Part shown: piece by piece, positions 1 through 8,756 of the stretch
Position numbering within the stretch: position 1 is the stretch's first letter
Layout: every line of letters starts with the position of its first letter
Source: an uncultured Acidimicrobiaceae bacterium
GTDB taxonomy: Bacteria; Actinomycetota; Acidimicrobiia; Acidimicrobiales; RAAP-2
Assembly: GCA_963756025.1 (NCBI GenBank)
Contig: CAVWMF010000007.1
Location: 102,612 to 166,611, forward strand
Reading direction: 5' to 3'
DNA length: 64,000 nt
Notes under the pieces: generated by a model
Seen by the model: only the letters and a program-made list of their open reading frames with translations
Told to the model about the DNA's origin: nothing
Database searches by the model: none
Program-made: the position numbers and the translations under genes

Positions 1-1073
1 CATGTCGCTTGCGCATGGGGATAGTCCGTCTCGAAACAAATCTGGTCCATGCCGATGGCGTCACGATTCCGCAAGCCGGTCTCGTCGTCGAAAATGCAGG
101 CGTAGACCCTCCCCCTGGCGTAGGTCGATGGCGGATTCGGGAGCGGGTTCCCGAACTGATCCCCCGGGAACTCGGCCCAGACCTTGTCGATTCGCTCCAA
201 CAGATACGGCATCCACCCTGCTTGGCCTTCTGAGTACGCCAACTTCAGATTGGAGAATCGTTCGAGAGTCCCCGAGATGAGGTAATCCGTCAGCGATCCG
301 ACCGCATTCTGCCAGTCCAACGTACAACCGACGATGAACGGTGCGTCGGGAGCCGTTGTGGGCATTTGCGAGGAGGATCCGATGTGCATGCAGACGACGG
401 TCTCGGTCTCGCTGCAGGCACGGAAAAACGGTTCCCAGAACCGGTCCTTGTCGTAGAGGGACGGCAATCCCAGTGGCACGGGCGACTCCGTGAATGAAAC
501 CGCATGGCTGCCCTTGGCGGCACAGCGGTGGATCTCGGCGGCGGCCAGGCCTGCGTCCCAGAGAGGAACGATCGTGAGTGGTATGAGACGGCCGCGGGCC
601 TCCTCGGCCGTCCAGTCGTCGATCATCCAGTCGTTGTACGCCTGCACGCACAGGAGGGCGAGCTCCTTGTCGTCGCGTTCGAGGAACGTCTGCCCACAGA
701 ACCGAGGCAGCGTATTGGGGAAGCAGACAGACGCCTCGATGTTGTCCAGGTCCATGTCGGCCAGGCGCTCGCGCCGTTTCCATGCTCCGGGACGGACGTG
801 GTCGAACGTGGTCAGCTCGGTGCTCAGGTGATCGAAGCCGACCGCTGCCTGCAGCATCATCAGAGGCGCCACGAGATCGTCGTAGAGCCACACGTCACTC
901 CAGTCGGCCTCGGGATCCTCCACCCAGCCCGCACCGTGACCGGCGTGGCGCATCCGCATACGGGCCACCCGGGGTCCCTGGTCCGCGTAGCGACTGGGAA
1001 GCCTGCTCTGCCACAGATCGGGCGGCTCGAGCACGTGGTCGTCCACCGAGATCAGCCTGAACGGATCCTGCAT
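1..1073 (-). CDS. amidohydrolase-2 (PF04909/ACMSD-like) family protein, 3' end lies outside the window
   Basis: Absent from the ORF track because it runs off the left edge. My own minus-strand translation from ATG 1073..1071 (GAAGGAGG just upstream) gives MQDPFRLISVDDHVLEPPDLWQSRLP...AYNDWMIDDW...CFETDYPHA, a close paralogue of 1242..2492. The + ORF 504..1112 is its antisense shadow. Confidence 0.85.
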   Translation of the reverse strand, partial: MQDPFRLISVDDHVLEPPDLWQSRLPSRYADQGPRVARMRMRHAGHGAGWVEDPEADWSDVWLYDDLVAPLMMLQAAVGFDHLSTELTTFDHVRPGAWKRRERLADMDLDNIEASVCFPNTLPRFCGQTFLERDDKELALLCVQAYNDWMIDDWTAEEARGRLIPLTIVPLWDAGLAAAEIHRCAAKGSHAVSFTESPVPLGLPSLYDKDRFWEPFFRACSETETVVCMHIGSSSQMPTTAPDAPFIVGCTLDWQNAVGSLTDYLISGTLERFSNLKLAYSEGQAGWMPYLLERIDKVWAEFPGDQFGNPLPNPPSTYARGRVYACIFDDETGLRNRDAIGMDQICFETDYPHAQAT

Positions 1074-1241
1074 CTGACTGCCTCCTTCTCAAGGCTGGTC
1101 TTCGGAGCCTAACGTGGAACCGGCGAGGGATGCCGATGGTCACGATCTGGACCATCCGGTGCAGGACGCAGGGCGGCAGGAGCCCCACCCGCGTTGGTAC
1201 GCTGCAGAATCGTCCGAACATCGCGGTGGGGAGCACGACGC

Positions 1242-2492
1242 ATGGAAACGGATCCGCAGAGCAACGACAGCCTCTGGATGATCTCCGTTGACGACCACGT
1301 CACCGAGCCCCCCGATCTGTGGACGTCGCGCCTACCCGCCCGGTTCCGCGAACAAGCACCGAGAGTCGAGAGGGACAGGGCGACCATTCGATTCGAGGGC
1401 GCAATGCCGAGGATCCACCGGGGGGATCCCGAAGGATCATGGGCGGACTTCTGGGTGTACGAGGACGTGCAGACCCCGCTCATGGCCATCACGAATTCTG
1501 TCGGGTTCGACGAAGAGGAGCTGCGAAAGGCGTATCGGGAAGGGAAGGTGGTTACCTACGAAGAGATTGCGCCAGGCTGCTGGCAACAGGGAGCTCGCCT
1601 TGATGCAATGTCGTTGAATCATGTCGAAGCGTCGCTTTGCTTCCCCAATATCATCCCGCGCTTCTGCGGACAGACGTTCTTCGAAAAGGGTGACCGCCAC
1701 CTCGGACTGCTTTGCATCAAGGCCTACAACGACTGGATGATCGACGACTGGTGCGCCGGCGCGGGAAAGGGGCGCCTCATACCCCTCACCCTCATTCCTC
1801 TCTGGGACGCCGATCTGGCTGCGGCCGAGGTGCGCCGCTGTGCGGGCAAGGGAGCACACGCGGTTTCGTTCTGCGAGAACCCGTCACAGCTCGGACTGCC
1901 TTCGTTCTACGAGGAGTCCAATTTCTGGGACCCCTTCTTCGAGGCGTGTCAGGAGACCGAGACGATGGTCAACCTGCACATCGGGTCTTCGTCCCAGCTG
2001 CCCACCACATCAGCGAAGGCGCCATATGTCGTGACGTCAATCCTGATGTTCCAGAACAGCATGGCCTCAATACTGGACATGATCTTCTCCGGAGTACTGG
2101 ACCGATTTCCGGGGCTGACCGTCGCGTATTCGGAAGGTCAGATCGGTTGGCTGCCCTATCTGATCAGACGGGCTGACGAGGTCTGGGCCGACCCCCACGA
2201 CGGGGGCACCGGCATCCGCATCGATCGCCCGCCCAGTAGCTACGTGGAGAACCGGATCTACGGTTGCATCTTCGACGATGACACGGCCCTGCGCTGCCGG
2301 GACCTCATCGGCACGAGCCAGATCATGTTCGAAGTCGACTATCCGCACGCCGCAGGCAGCTTTCCTCACACGGCGGCACTGGCCGACAAAATGTGCACCG
2401 AAGCCGGACTGAGTGCATCAGAGCGCTACCAGGTCATCCGCGGTAACGCCATACGGGCGTTCGGACTCGAGCGCTTCGGTATTTCTGCCTGA
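1242..2492 (+). CDS. amidohydrolase-2 (PF04909-like) family protein
   Basis: Track ORF 1194..2492. The internal ATG at 1242 (GGGGAG upstream) is the preferred start. Motifs: ISVDDHVTEPPDLW, AYNDWMIDDW, FEVDYPHA. Confidence 0.9.
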   Translation: METDPQSNDSLWMISVDDHVTEPPDLWTSRLPARFREQAPRVERDRATIRFEGAMPRIHRGDPEGSWADFWVYEDVQTPLMAITNSVGFDEEELRKAYREGKVVTYEEIAPGCWQQGARLDAMSLNHVEASLCFPNIIPRFCGQTFFEKGDRHLGLLCIKAYNDWMIDDWCAGAGKGRLIPLTLIPLWDADLAAAEVRRCAGKGAHAVSFCENPSQLGLPSFYEESNFWDPFFEACQETETMVNLHIGSSSQLPTTSAKAPYVVTSILMFQNSMASILDMIFSGVLDRFPGLTVAYSEGQIGWLPYLIRRADEVWADPHDGGTGIRIDRPPSSYVENRIYGCIFDDDTALRCRDLIGTSQIMFEVDYPHAAGSFPHTAALADKMCTEAGLSASERYQVIRGNAIRAFGLERFGISA

Positions 2493-2532
2493 GACGAACG
2501 CCCTGGGCCGTGCCTCCTCGGCGGTCACATGA

Positions 2533-2567
2533 ATATCCCCCGTGGCCAGAGAGGCCACGGGGGATAT
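2533..2567. terminator. perfect 15-bp stem / 5-nt loop hairpin between convergent genes (candidate bidirectional terminator)
   Basis: ATATCCCCCGTGGCC (2533..2547), loop AGAGA, GGCCACGGGGGATAT (2553..2567). It lies between the stop of 1242..2492 (+) and the stop of 2594..3814 (-). There is no clear T-tract. Confidence 0.5.
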
Positions 2568-2593
2568 CACAAGCGATCGGCGTCCTGCCTTTC

Positions 2594-3814
2594 CTAGGGC
2601 TTTCCCGCGATCGATGCGCCCGAAACGATCTTGCCGCAGGTCGGCTCCATTCCGCTCTGCAGGTGGAAGGTGGAACCTTTGTACTGCACGGTGTAGTCGC
2701 AGTCGGTCTGGCTGGTGTCGCTCCCTCGGCCCTGGAGGGCGAACGAGATCGAACGGCCTCCCCACAACCCCTGGGCGTTGTAGTTGTGAATGCCCTGCAT
2801 GGTGGTGATGAACTTCGCCTGGGTGGGATTCTTCCCGGCTGCCTTGAGGCCCTGGACGAGGGCATCAATGGAGAGGTAGCCGGCATACTCGTTCAGAGTC
2901 GGGTCCGTCGTCACCCCGGCGTACTTCTTGAGGTTGGTCTGCAACTTTTCGGTCGCCGCAGTGTGCATTTCAGATGGTTCGTAGGAGTCGGTGAAATAGA
3001 CGCCCTGGGCGATCTGCTTGGAATCGGGGCCGCCCTCGGTCAGGTCACCGCCATAGCCGGTAGGCAGGATGGCCTTGAACTTCACCCCGTCCTGCTTGAG
3101 CGCCTGCACCAGCGCGTACGACGTGGCCTGGGCGATTGCGGGGTACATGATGTTGACCCCCGCCGACTTCATCGCCAGAGCCACCGGGGCAACGTTGGTC
3201 GTCCCATACGGGAGCTGGGTGTTGGTGTAAGCGACCTTCAGGCCGGCCAACTTCGCCGATGCGGCGCCCCCCTCTTCGTCATCGTACGACGCCGGAGCGA
3301 TGGAGTAGGCCGCGCCGCCATACGACGTCCCGCCCAACTGCTTGTAGATCTTTCCCTGAAGAGTGGAGACCTTGGTGTAGTCGGCAAAACCGAAGACCGA
3401 GAACATATTGCCATCGGTCAACCACTCCGGACCATCGACATTCACCCCGATCACCGGGACGTGGTTTTGTGCGAGGTACGGAGCAGCAGAGAAGCCCAAC
3501 TGGGAGATCATGATCACCGCGTACACGTGATCCTGCTCCACCAGCTTCTGCGCCGCCGTCAGCGCACCGGTCGGCGAGGACGCGGTATCGACGATATCGG
3601 TCTTGACCTTGTACCCCTCGCTGGAGGCCAAACCGACGCCGGCCTTGATGCCCTGGGTCGTAGAGTTGCCGGTCACTGCTCCTGCTCCCGTCAGATCAGC
3701 AATGACGCCAACGGTTACCGTCGGTTCACTGGTCGCTGCGGAACTGGCCGAGGCCCCTGTCACCACGGCCCCCGAGATCAGGGCAGAGGCGAGGAGCACC
3801 TTCGAGAAGAACAC
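2594..3814 (-). CDS. ABC transporter substrate-binding protein, branched-chain amino acid (Leu/Ile/Val-binding, PF13458-like) type
   Basis: 406-aa ORF with a GTG start and AAGGGGG upstream. A signal-like N-terminus (LLASALISGAVVTGASASS) is followed by VGVIADLTGAGAVTG, typical of LivJ-type periplasmic binding proteins. Confidence 0.9.
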   Translation of the reverse strand: MFFSKVLLASALISGAVVTGASASSAATSEPTVTVGVIADLTGAGAVTGNSTTQGIKAGVGLASSEGYKVKTDIVDTASSPTGALTAAQKLVEQDHVYAVIMISQLGFSAAPYLAQNHVPVIGVNVDGPEWLTDGNMFSVFGFADYTKVSTLQGKIYKQLGGTSYGGAAYSIAPASYDDEEGGAASAKLAGLKVAYTNTQLPYGTTNVAPVALAMKSAGVNIMYPAIAQATSYALVQALKQDGVKFKAILPTGYGGDLTEGGPDSKQIAQGVYFTDSYEPSEMHTAATEKLQTNLKKYAGVTTDPTLNEYAGYLSIDALVQGLKAAGKNPTQAKFITTMQGIHNYNAQGLWGGRSISFALQGRGSDTSQTDCDYTVQYKGSTFHLQSGMEPTCGKIVSGASIAGKP

Positions 3815-3963
3815 TGTACTGCGACCCCCTTATTTGAAAAACCGCCACTCACTTTGTTGCGGAAGCGTTACGAATCAGCATAACTCGACGTCGATATCAA
3901 CTCAAGTCACTGCGTCGCGATCTCCCGGCCCGACCCCGCTGGTGGGCGATCGCGAGCGGTAGC

Positions 3964-4818
3964 GTGGCCGGCGTGCCATCACCCCCATGGGAAACCGTCC
4001 TCGAAGGCTTCGGCCGGTTGGAGGGACCGTGTTTTGATGCGGCCGGCAATTTCTACTTCTCCGATATCCAGCCCCCCGGCGAGGTCTACCGTCTCGATGC
4101 CGAGGGTCGCGTCACTTCGTTGACCGCGCGTGAACATGTCGGGGGTCTGGCGGCGCATGCACGAGGGGGTCTGGTGGCGACGGGCCACACCGTGATCGTG
4201 CTGCAACGCGACGGGGCCGCGGAAACCGTGCTCGAACCCGTTGACGGGTGGGGATTCAACGACCTCACGACAGATGCCGCCGGGAACGTGTTCGTGGGAA
4301 TGCACGGCGAGCGACCGAGGGCGGAGTCAGCGAACATCAGCGCCTCACTGTGGCGGATCGAGCCCGGCGGCCGCGCCAGGCGTTGCTACGACGGCATCGG
4401 GCTGACAAACGGGCTCCGCGTTTCGCCCGAAGGTCACCGCCTCTACCACAACGACACGGCGGCGAAGGTCGTGTGGGTGAGCGACATCGACGCCGAAGGT
4501 ATGCCGGTCAACCGCCGACTCCATCACGAACTTCAGTACGGGTCGCCGGACGGCATGACGGTCGACGAAGCGGGCTGTATCTGGGTCGCCGCCATCACTG
4601 CGGGCAAACTGCTTCGCATCGATCCGGACGGCAACGAGGACTACACCCTCGACACACCGAGCAAGTGGGTGGCGTCGGCGTGCTTCGGCGGTGACGAGGG
4701 CCGCGACCTGTACATCGTGACCTTCGGAGGAGAGCCGTATGACCCCGAGCGAACCGGCGGGGTCTATCGGACCCGGGTCGACGTGGCCGGAGCACCCTTG
4801 GCCCTCGCCAGAATCTGA
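3964..4818 (+). CDS. SMP-30/gluconolactonase/LRE-like beta-propeller protein
   Basis: 284-aa ORF. LEGPCFDAAGNFYFSD, FNDLTTDAAGNVFV, PDGMTVDEAGCIWVA and LYIVT repeats are typical of the SGL family. Confidence 0.85.
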   Translation: MAGVPSPPWETVLEGFGRLEGPCFDAAGNFYFSDIQPPGEVYRLDAEGRVTSLTAREHVGGLAAHARGGLVATGHTVIVLQRDGAAETVLEPVDGWGFNDLTTDAAGNVFVGMHGERPRAESANISASLWRIEPGGRARRCYDGIGLTNGLRVSPEGHRLYHNDTAAKVVWVSDIDAEGMPVNRRLHHELQYGSPDGMTVDEAGCIWVAAITAGKLLRIDPDGNEDYTLDTPSKWVASACFGGDEGRDLYIVTFGGEPYDPERTGGVYRTRVDVAGAPLALARI

Positions 4819-4884
4819 TCACTCTTTCCGACCCGGGCCCGGCGGTTGCCGGTTCTGTCGGGCAAGACGAGCCATCTGAGCTGG

Positions 4885-5154
4885 TCATTCGTCGCTCTCG
4901 TGTACCAGCGGATACCGGAGTTCGAGGTGGACGTCGCTCCATTGCGCCGCGTGGGCAAGAGCGTCCCGCACGTACAGCTCCAAGACGGCGGCCGGCACCA
5001 GACATTCGGCACAGGCCTCGGGCCCAGCCTCCACGTTCAGCACCAGGGCCTCGGTGTCCGCACGCTCCACCTTCAATGCGTATCCGTCTGCGCTGAGCAT
5101 CGACGCCACCGACGCGATCGCCTCTTGCAGCGCAGCAATGTCCCCGATGGTCAC
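4885..5154 (-). CDS. small NifU-C-terminal-like CxxC protein
   Basis: 89 aa. The GTG start overlaps the upstream stop (GTGA) and GGAGGG lies upstream. 'ADGYALKVERADTEALVLNVEAGPEACAECLVP' resembles the NifU-like C-terminal domain pattern with a CxxC. Confidence 0.6.
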   Translation of the reverse strand: MTIGDIAALQEAIASVASMLSADGYALKVERADTEALVLNVEAGPEACAECLVPAAVLELYVRDALAHAAQWSDVHLELRYPLVHESDE

Positions 5155-6248
5155 GCCAACCCTCCGTTCGAGGCGGGACGGATCTTGCGAGACACAATCT
5201 CGAAAGACGAGGCATACGTCTGTATGTAGACGGGGAAGTTGCCGGCGGGGCCGCCACAGACCACCACGTGGATGTCTTCTGCGCTGCCGGCCACATTCAA
5301 GGTGGTCTCATTGTCCCCGGACTCGACAGCTCCTCCCCGCTCGAAGCGCCCGCCTATCTTCCATCCGTTCTCCTTGACCCAGGCCGTACTCCGACGCCCC
5401 CGTTCGTAGAGTGCCCGGCTTATGTCCGCTTTGGACCAACCAGCACGCACGAACATGGCGGCAGGTTCGGGCGGCACCAGCAAGATGCCGAACCCTCCCT
5501 CGGCGAGCCTTCCCGCTCCGACGAGATAGTGCGCCACCGAGGCGATCCAATCCTCAGGCGACTCCTCGGCATGGTTCGACAGCATGATGTGGGCGCCCAC
5601 AGCGAAGGCCGACACCACGCTGTCCAGTGGGTCAAATCCGCGCATGACGTGCAGCGGGATCAGCTCGGGGAATGCTTCTTCGTTCTCGACGATGTGGTAC
5701 GCCACGTATTTGGCCGGCTGGCCCATGGTGGACCGATCGAGGACCGGCCGGCCGTGCGCGGGCGTCGTGCCGCTGCCACCTACCGAGCCCAGCACGTTGA
5801 GTTGGATCAGCCGCAGGGCCCTACCGATGGAGGCATTGGCCCGATTTCCCGGACCCAGGACGTTCCCGTGGCAGTTCATGTCGAGGGTGTGACGAATCGG
5901 CCCGTTCACGACGAACCCCAGGGCAAGGCTGCCGGTCGATGAGCTCGCGGTGTGAATGTCGAACGCAGGTTCCAACATGCACTCGACGAGCGCGATCACC
6001 ACGGGCAGGTGCTCAGGCAGGCAGCCCGCCATGATCGAGTTGATCGCGACCTTTTCCACCGTGACCGGACGGTCCCTCAGGGCGTAATAGCCGATCTCCT
6101 CTGACAGTGGGCGCTGCGCCGCATCGGCGAACGCAGCCAGACGTGCTGCCGTCGGCGGGACGATTGGTAAGCCGTCGGTCCAGCCATTGCGGTGATAGAG
6201 CTCGACCGCTTCCTCCCAGTCGGCCACCTCGAGCAGACGGGAGTCCAT
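5151..6248 (-). CDS. conserved protein of unknown function (365 aa)
   Basis: Clean protein-like composition with an AGGAG RBS before ATG 6248. Motifs are NGWTDGLPIVPPT, SIMAGCLPEHLP and NRANASIGRALRL. I cannot place it in a named enzyme family. Confidence 0.8.
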   Translation of the reverse strand: MDSRLLEVADWEEAVELYHRNGWTDGLPIVPPTAARLAAFADAAQRPLSEEIGYYALRDRPVTVEKVAINSIMAGCLPEHLPVVIALVECMLEPAFDIHTASSSTGSLALGFVVNGPIRHTLDMNCHGNVLGPGNRANASIGRALRLIQLNVLGSVGGSGTTPAHGRPVLDRSTMGQPAKYVAYHIVENEEAFPELIPLHVMRGFDPLDSVVSAFAVGAHIMLSNHAEESPEDWIASVAHYLVGAGRLAEGGFGILLVPPEPAAMFVRAGWSKADISRALYERGRRSTAWVKENGWKIGGRFERGGAVESGDNETTLNVAGSAEDIHVVVCGGPAGNFPVYIQTYASSFEIVSRKIRPASNGGLA

Positions 6249-6274
6249 TTCTTGTCTCCTACCCGCGCTGCGGA

Positions 6275-6802
6275 CTAGTTCCGCGCGCGATGCCCGCCGA
6301 GCACGATCTCGTGGAATTGTTCGGCCGCCCGGCGCGCCCGATCCAACAGTTCATCGTCGCCCACACTCCCGATCGGATGCTCGACGACAGCCCACCTCAT
6401 CTCTTCCATGCCACTGAGCCCAGCCATGATCCGAACGGCGTCGAGAAACGGGGGTGTGCTGACCAGGAGGGTCGGGATACCACGCCTTTCCAGCTCGATG
6501 GCGTTGGCAATACCCGATGAGCTGCAAGCGCCGCAGTCCCCGTTGGCCAGAATGACGGCATCGCATCCGTCGATATCTCCCCACTCGTCTGGCGACATCA
6601 GCATCTGAGGATGGTAGGTGCCGCGGGTCACGACGAAGTCGTAGGTGCCATGGAGATCCTCGGCGATCAAATCCAAGAGTCGGGACGCATTGAGTTTCTG
6701 GTTGCTGAAGAGGCCGAGCGTCTTGCCGTCGAGGGTTTCGAGCCTTGCGGAGAGCTCGTACTTCGACCCCCTTGCCTCCTGAATCGGATCCAGTACCTGC
6801 AT
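6275..6802 (-). CDS. CxxC redox-type protein, possibly the Cys form of the 'UGSC family (seleno)protein' group
   Basis: Track ORF 6275..6829 starts at TTG. ATG 6802 with GAAAGG upstream is preferred and gives 175 aa. It has a mid-protein 'ILANGDCGACSSSGIANAIE'. The family assignment is from memory only. Confidence 0.6.
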   Translation of the reverse strand: MQVLDPIQEARGSKYELSARLETLDGKTLGLFSNQKLNASRLLDLIAEDLHGTYDFVVTRGTYHPQMLMSPDEWGDIDGCDAVILANGDCGACSSSGIANAIELERRGIPTLLVSTPPFLDAVRIMAGLSGMEEMRWAVVEHPIGSVGDDELLDRARRAAEQFHEIVLGGHRARN

Positions 6803-6880
6803 GTCGTGGCGCCTTTCGTCTTCCCTCAATGCAGCATATCCACTTTCGAATTGAGCTCGGGGGGCCTTCCCGCGTCCGGA

Positions 6881-8620
6881 CTAGGTTGATCCGGCAGCAG
6901 GAGGAGGAGGCGTCAGCACGCGGCCAGGCCGCTGGCGGTGCCCCAGGGGCACCGAATCCGACCCGGCGCGGATGACGGTGCCGTTGACGAGGACATGCTC
7001 GATGCCTGTGGGTGCGTCAGCGAGTAATCGTTCCCCGTCCGCCGGCATGTCAAAGGCGCGCCGGATGGGCCCCGGCGAAACCGTGTCTGCATCGAAGACG
7101 ACCAGATCGGCAAAATACCCTGGTTCCACCCGCCCTCTCCCCTCCAGACCCAGGAGCGCGGCGGGCTCGGCGGAAAGCTTGCGCACCGCCATTTCGAGGG
7201 GGATGGCCCCCCTGTCGCGGACCCATTGTCCGAGGAGATCCGTCGGCAGAACCGCATCGCACAGCTGCGCCGGATGGGCGCCCGCATCGGACAATCCGAG
7301 GACGCACCCCGGAGCGCCGAGAAGCCGCGCCACCTCCACTGGGTCGTCGTTGCCGAATTTCAGCTCGATACGGGTCTGCAGGACGTCAGCGATGCCAAGG
7401 TTCAAGAGCAACTCTGAAGGGTCGAGACCGCGCACGGAAGCCAGCACCGCCAGGTCCTTTCCGACGGAATCGGGCGATGTCGGGCTTTCCGTGATGGTCA
7501 CCTGATGCCAGGGCACCGCAACGCCACCGGGAATGGTGACTTCTTCACGAAACCGGCGACGCCAGGAGGGATCCGCAAAACGACCGAGCCGCTCTCCCAC
7601 CGAAGCACCGCCCAGCTCGGTGATGCATGCCGCTCGGAAGACCGAGGGCATAGCGAGCGAACACGCGCCGACCAGCGGGCGGCATGACACCTGGGGATAC
7701 ACCTCGGTACCGCTCTCGAGTGATTCGAGGTGCATGGCGAGCCGGTCCCTGTGGGAGCCGTTGGCCATCGCGAGAAGGGCGATCCACGTGAACGGACGTC
7801 CGATCTCCCGCTGGAATCCGTACACCCGCTCCAGGTCGAAATTTCCTCCGGGATTGAACATGGCAATACCTGTCCCGGCGGCGCCGAGCACCCGCAGGAG
7901 TGCCTCGGTCTCTGCGGTCGAGGCGTACTGGCTCGGAGACGGGCGGCTGCCAGGTTGTGTCTTGGTGGCAAACCCCACAGCGCCTGCGGCGAGGCCCTCC
8001 GCCACGAGCCTCTGCATCTGCGAGATTTCATCCGGGGTCGCCTCCCGTTCGAGGGCGGCGGGACCCATCGCGGCGAATCGGACCGTCGAGTGCCCGATGA
8101 AGGAGGCGAAGTTGAGCAGTGGGCGACGTGCAGCGACGGCGTCCAGATAGGCGGCAAAGGTCGGGACCTCGGCGGGCACGCCCGCGTCGAGAGTCTCGAT
8201 AGCCATGTCCTCGAGGTCACGCAGCATCTCGAGGACCATCTGGCGGTGCTCCCGGGCCACCGGCGCCAGGGAGAACCCGCAGTTCCCGTTGACCACGGTC
8301 GTCACACCATGGTGACAGGACGATGAGAGGTGGGGGTCCCAGAAGACCTGCGCGTCGTAGTGCGAATGGATGTCGATGAAACCGGGAGCGACGACTCTCC
8401 CTGTGGCATCGATCACGTGATCTGCCCCACCGGCCGACAAGCCTGAGCCGACGGCGACGATCCTGTCACCGTCGACGGCGACGTCCACCCTTTTCGCCGG
8501 CGCGCCTGTGCCGTCGATCACTTCACCGCCCGCAATCAGGATCTTCGACAGTTGAACACCCCCAGTTGCGCGACCGTGGCGGCACCTCGCCCTGCGGCAA
8601 GCGTAACAATTACCCGGCAT
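6881..8620 (-). CDS. N-acyl-D-amino-acid deacylase (D-aminoacylase)-like amidohydrolase
   Basis: The longest ORF is 6881..8758, but its first ~45-65 residues are Arg/Cys-rich junk reaching the divergent gene. The conserved core starts at SKILIAGGEVIDGTG. Motifs: GFIDIHSHYD (HxH) and VNGNCGFSLAP. The start is uncertain; ATG 8620 is the nearest. Confidence 0.85.
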   Translation of the reverse strand: MPGNCYACRRARCRHGRATGGVQLSKILIAGGEVIDGTGAPAKRVDVAVDGDRIVAVGSGLSAGGADHVIDATGRVVAPGFIDIHSHYDAQVFWDPHLSSSCHHGVTTVVNGNCGFSLAPVAREHRQMVLEMLRDLEDMAIETLDAGVPAEVPTFAAYLDAVAARRPLLNFASFIGHSTVRFAAMGPAALEREATPDEISQMQRLVAEGLAAGAVGFATKTQPGSRPSPSQYASTAETEALLRVLGAAGTGIAMFNPGGNFDLERVYGFQREIGRPFTWIALLAMANGSHRDRLAMHLESLESGTEVYPQVSCRPLVGACSLAMPSVFRAACITELGGASVGERLGRFADPSWRRRFREEVTIPGGVAVPWHQVTITESPTSPDSVGKDLAVLASVRGLDPSELLLNLGIADVLQTRIELKFGNDDPVEVARLLGAPGCVLGLSDAGAHPAQLCDAVLPTDLLGQWVRDRGAIPLEMAVRKLSAEPAALLGLEGRGRVEPGYFADLVVFDADTVSPGPIRRAFDMPADGERLLADAPTGIEHVLVNGTVIRAGSDSVPLGHRQRPGRVLTPPPPAAGST

Positions 8621-8756
8621 CAGAGGAGGACGTGCTGTCCAGGACACACAGGCCGACCGGGTGCGATGGACGGGACGGCGGCACACCGAGCCATAGGGAT
8701 ACCCTGGCCGCGGGTGCGATGTCCGTTCTGCCCGATCGCCCAGCTCAGGAGGACCC

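Noticed and set aside
2510-3883. 457-aa + strand ORF covering the whole binding-protein gene
   Set aside because: It is antisense to a clearly homologous gene (2594..3814). Its text is Arg/Gly/Pro/His-rich with no motifs. This is the typical stop-free shadow frame of high-GC DNA.
6275-6829. Selenocysteine recoding in the UGSC-like gene
   Set aside because: The ORF is uninterrupted and has Cys (CGAC) at the motif. There is no in-frame TGA, so there is no evidence for Sec here.
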